This document shows, in pieces, positions 57,943 to 64,000 of a stretch of DNA of 64,000 nucleotides (positions are counted from its first letter, which is position 1; the number at the start of each line of letters is the position of its first letter). The translations under genes were made by a program, and so were the position numbers. The notes under the pieces were generated by a model that worked only from the letters and a program-made list of their open reading frames with translations, did no database searches and had not been told where the DNA came from. Source of the stretch: an uncultured virus (IMG/VR IMGVR_UViG_3300042270_000151) (taxonomy: Duplodnaviria > Heunggongvirae > Uroviricota > Caudoviricetes); the IMG/VR virus record IMGVR_UViG_3300042270_000151, positions 1-64,000 of that record; one strand, 5' to 3'.

Positions 57943-60487
57943 GCAGGACCTTATTAAGGCCGCTGCAGAAGAAATGTGGTTTGACCCACACGATGACCGA
58001 CACTTCACCATCGTACCCGCACGGTTTAACCGCCTGCGGGGCGATCGTGTACGCATTAATCTAGGCTATACCGACCACTATTTACCGGATAGTACAAACC
58101 GCTACGTGGTCTATGGCTTTGGACAACAAAGCAGTGCCTTTCTGGGGCTAGAGTACAGTCGCTTGGAAATGCTACGCTGGATTCGTCTGGACGAGGTGGC
58201 CCGGGATAATGAAATGGTGGTCAACGTCCATATCGCACAGCGACAACTCCCCTTGTCCAGCATCTATATTCGTCGTAATGAACGCATGCAGCTAACCCTA
58301 GCGGTTAACGCGCAGATAAATGAGATACTGCTGGAAACGGAGCAGCCTCTTTATCTGCGAGTCTTTTCAAATGACTGGCTACAGGAACAGGGACAGCATC
58401 TAGATACGCCCATTAACTATGTGGGCGGACAGCTAAACGTGGTGGATGACGCAGGTCCCATTATTACGCGATGGCGGCTAGAGGAAGAAGGTCATAAGCT
58501 CTTATTCCATAATGGCTACTATGTTAACGACATCAGTGTCAGTGAACTGCAGGCGGGCGATACGTTAGCCGTGCATGTGGATAAGTCTGGGATGGGGTAT
58601 CTGGATTTACCCATCAACGACCTAATGCATTACTATTCTGAACTCGATCAGGTCAATAAGTGGCTGGTGTCTTTAAACTTGGATGACCCTGAGCAAGCGG
58701 TACCGGCCGATGAGCTCGATATTTATCTCGTAGGGCGCCAGGCGAATGTAGGGAGTTATCCTCGTTATAAGGGTATCTTCTTTAGTCGCATTCAAGATGC
58801 TGATATCCGACAGCTTACCCATCAAGATTTTGGGGTAGATAGTCGTCGGGTCGAGGCCTTGATTCAGGAGCATTGGGACACGTTGCCGTTGGTAGAGCCT
58901 TTCTTCAGAATCTTCTTCCGTAAGACCACCGATGCGGTAAAGCGGTTCCCTCAGGTCGATGGCCAGCATACACTGGACCTCTATCGGGTGGATGAGACAT
59001 ACCGTCGCAGTCTAATGGTGGGGACGACGAGTACCTTTACAGGCTGGCAGCCCACCCAGTTGGAACAGTCTGCCTACATGCAGTGGCAGAACGGCATTGC
59101 TGGATCCCTTTCACTGGATACGCTTGCAGGCCTCTATAGCTACGATGAGGTGAACCGCCGTGTATTGGAGGGACATTATCCCGAGTCTCACTTTGTATGG
59201 AATGCAAGCTCAAATAAATGGAATTACCGCTTGCCCTGGATAGCCACCATCGGCTGTATGGTCTTGGGATATGATGTAAACGGTGTTCTGATTGAAGTCG
59301 TGCAGGTACCCGAAGGTAATTACGGTAGTAGCGTTCAGTTAAGCGAAGTGGTTAAACGGGTACGGTGTATTCCTGGGGATGGACGTGAAACCGGCGATGG
59401 GATGGATCGGGATACTGATTACATTACTCAGGCGGATTGGTTTGGGGATCAGTATTATTGGCGTTCAGTACCGAGTGAGGAATGGCACCCGGCCTACCTG
59501 GATACCGACTATAGCGTGGATCAGTCCACAGGTACCTTAACGTGGCTGGATCATCATAAGAACGATGAGCGGATGCGTCGCTCAATCCGTGACAGTATTT
59601 ACCGTGACCTGTCGGTAGACCCTGAACTCCTTTACCACCCATTCTCGATCTATGTCGATGAAGGTCCAGCCACACTGTTACGTCTTTCACATCTAGAAAT
59701 CTATCTGGATGGACGGCGTTTAGTAGAGGGCATTGACTTTAAAGTAGACTACCCCAACATTCAGCTCTACGCTAAGGAATACCACCTAGGACATTTAAAC
59801 GATCGTGTACGGGTACAGGTCTTTCATTACGGTCTACCCGATCAAACCGATTATTGGTCCGAGTCAGGGTTTGTCCGTAACCGTAGAATGGTGGACGGGC
59901 AGTCGACTCGCTTCAGTGATCTTCGTTTCCATACCCTCGTGGTGGACGGTACACTCTCGTCAGTGGATGAGTGGGATTTAGCGGAGCGTCCAGATCAGGT
60001 CATTGCCCCTTCAATCCGTGAAGGAGGACTCTACTACCGAGAGACACCGGTACGGACCCTGTCAGAGTGGGCACTGGTACGCTACGGGCTAGACCAAACG
60101 TCAGAGTCAGACGCCAGTCGTTTGCTTTATCCCATCTTGGAGCGACCCTACACAGAGGTGCCGGTCTTTATTACACATGCCCACGCGATCCACAGTCCTT
60201 TCGTATACCGTACGGTACAGCGTATTCGTGATAAAGTAATCGACGTAGCGCGCATCGGACTGAGTCGTGGGGGCGCCGTTGTGGCCATGCATGAGTACTT
60301 AGGTGAGCTTGAGAGTGATGTTCTATCAGAAGACCTGGAATGGAACATGATCGACGTCCATCCCTGTCCTGCGAATGAGCAGATACAGGTAACGGAAGAT
60401 GAGTTCATGTTCTTACGGATACTGAATGAACTATATTTCCACAAGCGGCTGGTCTTTAATACCTACTTCAATGTAGTAAAAGCATAA
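57923..60487 (+). CDS. virion baseplate-region structural protein (phiKZ gp27 position)
   Basis: About 854 aa; W..P..D, NGY, RQLTH.D, LDGR.LVEGIDF motifs. Confidence 0.7.
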   Translation: MPTNQFEQDLIKAAAEEMWFDPHDDRHFTIVPARFNRLRGDRVRINLGYTDHYLPDSTNRYVVYGFGQQSSAFLGLEYSRLEMLRWIRLDEVARDNEMVVNVHIAQRQLPLSSIYIRRNERMQLTLAVNAQINEILLETEQPLYLRVFSNDWLQEQGQHLDTPINYVGGQLNVVDDAGPIITRWRLEEEGHKLLFHNGYYVNDISVSELQAGDTLAVHVDKSGMGYLDLPINDLMHYYSELDQVNKWLVSLNLDDPEQAVPADELDIYLVGRQANVGSYPRYKGIFFSRIQDADIRQLTHQDFGVDSRRVEALIQEHWDTLPLVEPFFRIFFRKTTDAVKRFPQVDGQHTLDLYRVDETYRRSLMVGTTSTFTGWQPTQLEQSAYMQWQNGIAGSLSLDTLAGLYSYDEVNRRVLEGHYPESHFVWNASSNKWNYRLPWIATIGCMVLGYDVNGVLIEVVQVPEGNYGSSVQLSEVVKRVRCIPGDGRETGDGMDRDTDYITQADWFGDQYYWRSVPSEEWHPAYLDTDYSVDQSTGTLTWLDHHKNDERMRRSIRDSIYRDLSVDPELLYHPFSIYVDEGPATLLRLSHLEIYLDGRRLVEGIDFKVDYPNIQLYAKEYHLGHLNDRVRVQVFHYGLPDQTDYWSESGFVRNRRMVDGQSTRFSDLRFHTLVVDGTLSSVDEWDLAERPDQVIAPSIREGGLYYRETPVRTLSEWALVRYGLDQTSESDASRLLYPILERPYTEVPVFITHAHAIHSPFVYRTVQRIRDKVIDVARIGLSRGGAVVAMHEYLGELESDVLSEDLEWNMIDVHPCPANEQIQVTEDEFMFLRILNELYFHKRLVFNTYFNVVKA

Positions 60488-60496
60488 GGTGACAGT

Positions 60497-62164
60497 ATGT
60501 CAGTTGTATACAGACGGGACCCTGAACGAGGGTTTCGCGTATGGACCTTGCGAGAGGTGTATACGGGTGAAAACATTGACACGTCCGATACGCTATATGT
60601 CCCTAACGTAGGGGACATTGTATTTGACGGGTTTGACCTTTTCTATCGAGTGGATGCGGTGGATGCGGTAACCGCAATTCCTACCCTGGTACCCTTTAAC
60701 CCGGCCGCTCGGTTTGAGAATGAAATCAAAGATCCCGATAACCTGCACGAAGGGCTTAAACTTTACCAGCCCCATATTGCAACCCGCATCTTTATTGATA
60801 AGATGACCAAACCCTTTACCCTGTCCATTGATAGTCGGTATCGGGTATACGGTAGTGAAGCGACTCAGATGAAACTCTATCTGGGTACCGATACCTCGCC
60901 AGAGGGCACGGTTATCTCTCAATCCGTTGACAGTCGGGGTGCGGTTATTTCAGAGTCTGTAGACCTTGTACCTTTGTTTCAGGGTAACGCTACGCTCAAA
61001 CGCCCAGCCCGTTGCCATACCAGCCAGGATCTACAGGACGGTGAGATTGTCACCGCGATTATCTACAATGCCGCAGGTCGAGCCTGTGGGGAGCATAGTT
61101 TCATTGTACGCAATGCAAACATGATTGCAGGTCCTACTGCCTCTAACGTCTATGTAGAGGACGTAGAGCTTATTTCCCACCTGCTCTCTGACCATGACCC
61201 GCTACTGATTGAGAATCAACTTAACGTACCCTTTAACACGTCCATGTTGACCTGTCGTGTTCACTATAGCGATGGGAACTACCAGGACCATGCGATTGAC
61301 GGGGTGCGGGTAAAGCTCCATGGGTTAAGTAACTTTAACACCAGTTTGTTAGGGCCTACAACCCACGTAGTGTTAACCTACTATCCGAGTGCACAGGAAC
61401 AATCGATTAACCTGTCGGGCACACCTACGCCCTCGATCAGTAAAACCTATAAACTGGCGAACGTACCTACCAGCCAGAGTTTTGCGTTTAAACTGTACGT
61501 TATTCCGTATTGGACTGGAACCCAATACGAACTGCGTGTGCGGTTAACGGACGTGGAATATACACTGAACCTAGATGTGACCGAACACGTTACGGTCAAA
61601 CAAAGTAACGGTTGGGATTTTAACGGACTCTCATTTGGCATTACACAGATCCTTAACCTTACACTGGACTTGGATGCTGTAATGCCGGGCGCATACCCTG
61701 GGCACATCCATACACAACAGGTGACGCTGACTCTGAACCCGCCCAACGCCACTGAGGTGGATAACTGGATCATTGACTATCTGGGGGACGGGTATACGCA
61801 GTTTGGACATGATGTCTACGCGGTGGCCAGTTCACTGGATGAGAAGCCGTTCAACATTAGCTGTAACCAGGTGGTGGTCTACGATTGGCTATCTGTGCTC
61901 TATAGTAGTATGGATCCAATTTACGACCCACAGCTACTGGATGCCGCCCCCACGCCAACCCATTTCCGTTTAGAGAATGGTGGGGACAAAGGTGACTGGG
62001 AAATTGGCACTTACTCCGTAGACGACTGGAATCAAACGTTCCGCTTGGGAGTGGACCGCGAATGGGACCGTGCGTGGCCACTGAACATCGTCTGGTTGGT
62101 TATTGCGAACGGCCGTGAAAAGGTAGTGGGGATTACGCCACTGTCTATCGAAAACGACATTTAA
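60497..62164 (+). CDS. virion structural protein (phiKZ gp26 position)
   Basis: W...E.Y.G.......YVPNVGD, V.YSDG, KLYV.P.W, P.PTHF; precedes the terminase. Confidence 0.7.
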   Translation: MSVVYRRDPERGFRVWTLREVYTGENIDTSDTLYVPNVGDIVFDGFDLFYRVDAVDAVTAIPTLVPFNPAARFENEIKDPDNLHEGLKLYQPHIATRIFIDKMTKPFTLSIDSRYRVYGSEATQMKLYLGTDTSPEGTVISQSVDSRGAVISESVDLVPLFQGNATLKRPARCHTSQDLQDGEIVTAIIYNAAGRACGEHSFIVRNANMIAGPTASNVYVEDVELISHLLSDHDPLLIENQLNVPFNTSMLTCRVHYSDGNYQDHAIDGVRVKLHGLSNFNTSLLGPTTHVVLTYYPSAQEQSINLSGTPTPSISKTYKLANVPTSQSFAFKLYVIPYWTGTQYELRVRLTDVEYTLNLDVTEHVTVKQSNGWDFNGLSFGITQILNLTLDLDAVMPGAYPGHIHTQQVTLTLNPPNATEVDNWIIDYLGDGYTQFGHDVYAVASSLDEKPFNISCNQVVVYDWLSVLYSSMDPIYDPQLLDAAPTPTHFRLENGGDKGDWEIGTYSVDDWNQTFRLGVDREWDRAWPLNIVWLVIANGREKVVGITPLSIENDI

Positions 62165-62168
62165 CACC

Positions 62169-62205
62169 ATACTCTCCCTATCCCCACTGGGGATAGGGAG
62201 AGTAT
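62169..62205 (+). terminator. 17-bp hairpin, probable terminator
   Basis: ATACTCTCCCTATCCCC-ACT-GGGGATAGGGAGAGTAT. Confidence 0.75.
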
Positions 62206-62265
62206 CTTTAAAAGGTACCGTGCGATTGAATCTATTAGTTAACTTTACCTTTAAGGATATTCGGT

Positions 62266-64000
62266 ATGATTTTGTTCAAATCTGATTGGAACCGATACGG
62301 TACCGCCATTGCAGATACTCGCACGACAAACGAGTCCTTCTTACGTCTAGCAGCGGTCTACCGTGAGATGGGGGTTGAGAACCATGCGTTTCACCTATCG
62401 TTGTTAAATCCCGCACTGCAAGGCATAAATCCCCATGACCCTAATTTGGATTTTGAAACGAAGGTCGCGATTGCCACTGAATGTCAGTGGAACCCTTGGT
62501 ACGTTGTACGTGAGGTAATTCGCTTGCCGCCACAGGGTGGTCCTGCCCCTATACCCTTTAAGGCTAATCGCGGCAATATCTCCATGATGTGGTGCTTCTT
62601 CAACCACATCGATTATGCACTCATTCAACCGCGTCAGACCGGTAAATCGGCATCCACAGATGTACTCATGGTCATTATCCTGGCCATGATGGCGTGGAGT
62701 ACCAAAGTACAGCTTATTACCAAGGACCATCCCCTACGTCGACAGAACGTCGCCCGTATAAAGGCCATACGCGATCAATTGCCGAATTACCTTAATCCGA
62801 CAACCCGTAACGATGCGGATAACACCGAAATCATTACCATGGTTGAGCGCTCCAATGAATACCTCACCGCAGTGGGACAGAAGTCGCGTGAGGGGGCGGA
62901 TAACCTGGGTCGTGGTTTGACGGCGGCTATACTCCAAGCGGACGAGCTACCCTACATCCCGAACATCCACATCTCCTTGCCGGTTGCACTGGCGGCGGCT
63001 ACAGCGGCGCGTGAGAATGCGAAGATGGCACGAGGACTCTATGGGAACATCTTTACCACGACAGCGGGTCGTAAGGATACGAAAGAAGGACGTTTTGCTT
63101 ATAACCTTGTACATAATGGCATGTACTGGAATGAATGCCTGTACGACTGTGTGAACATTGAGGATCTAGTGCGGGTTATTAAAGCTAACTCTACCTCAAA
63201 CAGTCCCATGATTAACGGTACCTTTAGTCACCGTCAGTTGGGTAAAACGGACGAGTGGTTACGAGAAGCGATCGATAACGCCCGTGCATCTGAAGACTTG
63301 GCAAACCGTGACTTCTTCAATATCTGGACCAGTGGTACGGAGAGTTCGCCTCTCTCTATACAGTTAAACCAAGCCATCGCCTTATCTGAGATGGATCCGC
63401 TTTATATTGAGCGTAGTAGTAACAACTACATACTTCGGTGGTACCACCCACATGCGGACATTACACGGGTGATGGAGAGCCATTGGCACATCTTATCACT
63501 GGATAGCTCGAACGCCGTAGGGCGCGATAGCAATGGACTTGCGGTACTCGATAGTCGTGACCTTTCGATTACCGCAGCCTCCGATATTTCAGAGGCTAAC
63601 CTGTACCGTTATGCAGAATGGTTATTACAGCTCATGGTGCGGTTCCCAAAAACCATCCTGATGATCGAGAACAAATCCTCAGCACAGGGCATCTTGGACT
63701 ATTTGATTGCGAAACTACCGACGTACGGTGTTGACCCCTTCCGTCGCATTTACAATCGATTGATTGACAATAAGGCTGAGTACCCCGAAGACTACAAGGA
63801 GCTGTGTCGTCCCTTGAGTCAGCGTAAGGAGGAGTTCTACTTACGACATAAAGGTAAGTTTGGCTTTATGACCACGGGTAACCGCAGGGCGTTTCTGTAC
63901 GATACAGTCCTCCAGCAAGCGGCGAAGACCACCGCACATAAAGTGCGAGACCGCACCCTGTCCTCTGAGATACGGGGATTGGTTACCCGCAATGGGCGGG
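62266..64000 (+). CDS. terminase large subunit, 5' part (runs off the window; not in ORF track)
   Basis: MILFKSDW..., EC..NPWY..RE, FKANRGN, QPRQTGKS Walker A, GRGLT, ADE Walker B, TTTAG; I saw no in-frame stop before the window end. Confidence 0.9.
   Translation, partial: MILFKSDWNRYGTAIADTRTTNESFLRLAAVYREMGVENHAFHLSLLNPALQGINPHDPNLDFETKVAIATECQWNPWYVVREVIRLPPQGGPAPIPFKANRGNISMMWCFFNHIDYALIQPRQTGKSASTDVLMVIILAMMAWSTKVQLITKDHPLRRQNVARIKAIRDQLPNYLNPTTRNDADNTEIITMVERSNEYLTAVGQKSREGADNLGRGLTAAILQADELPYIPNIHISLPVALAAATAARENAKMARGLYGNIFTTTAGRKDTKEGRFAYNLVHNGMYWNECLYDCVNIEDLVRVIKANSTSNSPMINGTFSHRQLGKTDEWLREAIDNARASEDLANRDFFNIWTSGTESSPLSIQLNQAIALSEMDPLYIERSSNNYILRWYHPHADITRVMESHWHILSLDSSNAVGRDSNGLAVLDSRDLSITAASDISEANLYRYAEWLLQLMVRFPKTILMIENKSSAQGILDYLIAKLPTYGVDPFRRIYNRLIDNKAEYPEDYKELCRPLSQRKEEFYLRHKGKFGFMTTGNRRAFLYDTVLQQAAKTTAHKVRDRTLSSEIRGLVTRNGR

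Overview
A 64-kb segment of a phiKZ-like jumbo myophage genome (likely Chimalliviridae, although no nucleus-shell gene lies in this window). It holds recognisable core blocks: three virion RNA polymerase subunits, UvsX/RecA, RNase H, an SbcC-like ATPase, the prohead protease, a 2733-aa tape-measure-like protein with an M23 peptidase domain, tail sheath, tail tube, baseplate-region genes and the 5' part of the terminase. Accessory genes include NAD-dependent ligase, thyA, dihydrofolate reductase, a macrodomain and a thermonuclease. Two adjacent RNAP genes are each split by a group I intron carrying an HNH endonuclease; I inferred the splice junctions by hand. The most unusual non-coding signals are a strand-specific hairpin built from periodic tandem G-A mismatches (2783-2864) in a possible origin region and a structured RNA candidate fused to a perfect 36-bp palindrome (7796-7889). 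Other leads are a segment resembling a diversity-generating retroelement (DGR) variable region with no reverse transcriptase in the window, a thyA 5' duplication scar and an unannotated, extremely acidic 50-aa protein. phiKZ gp numbers are from recalled family resemblance and gene order, not from database searches.
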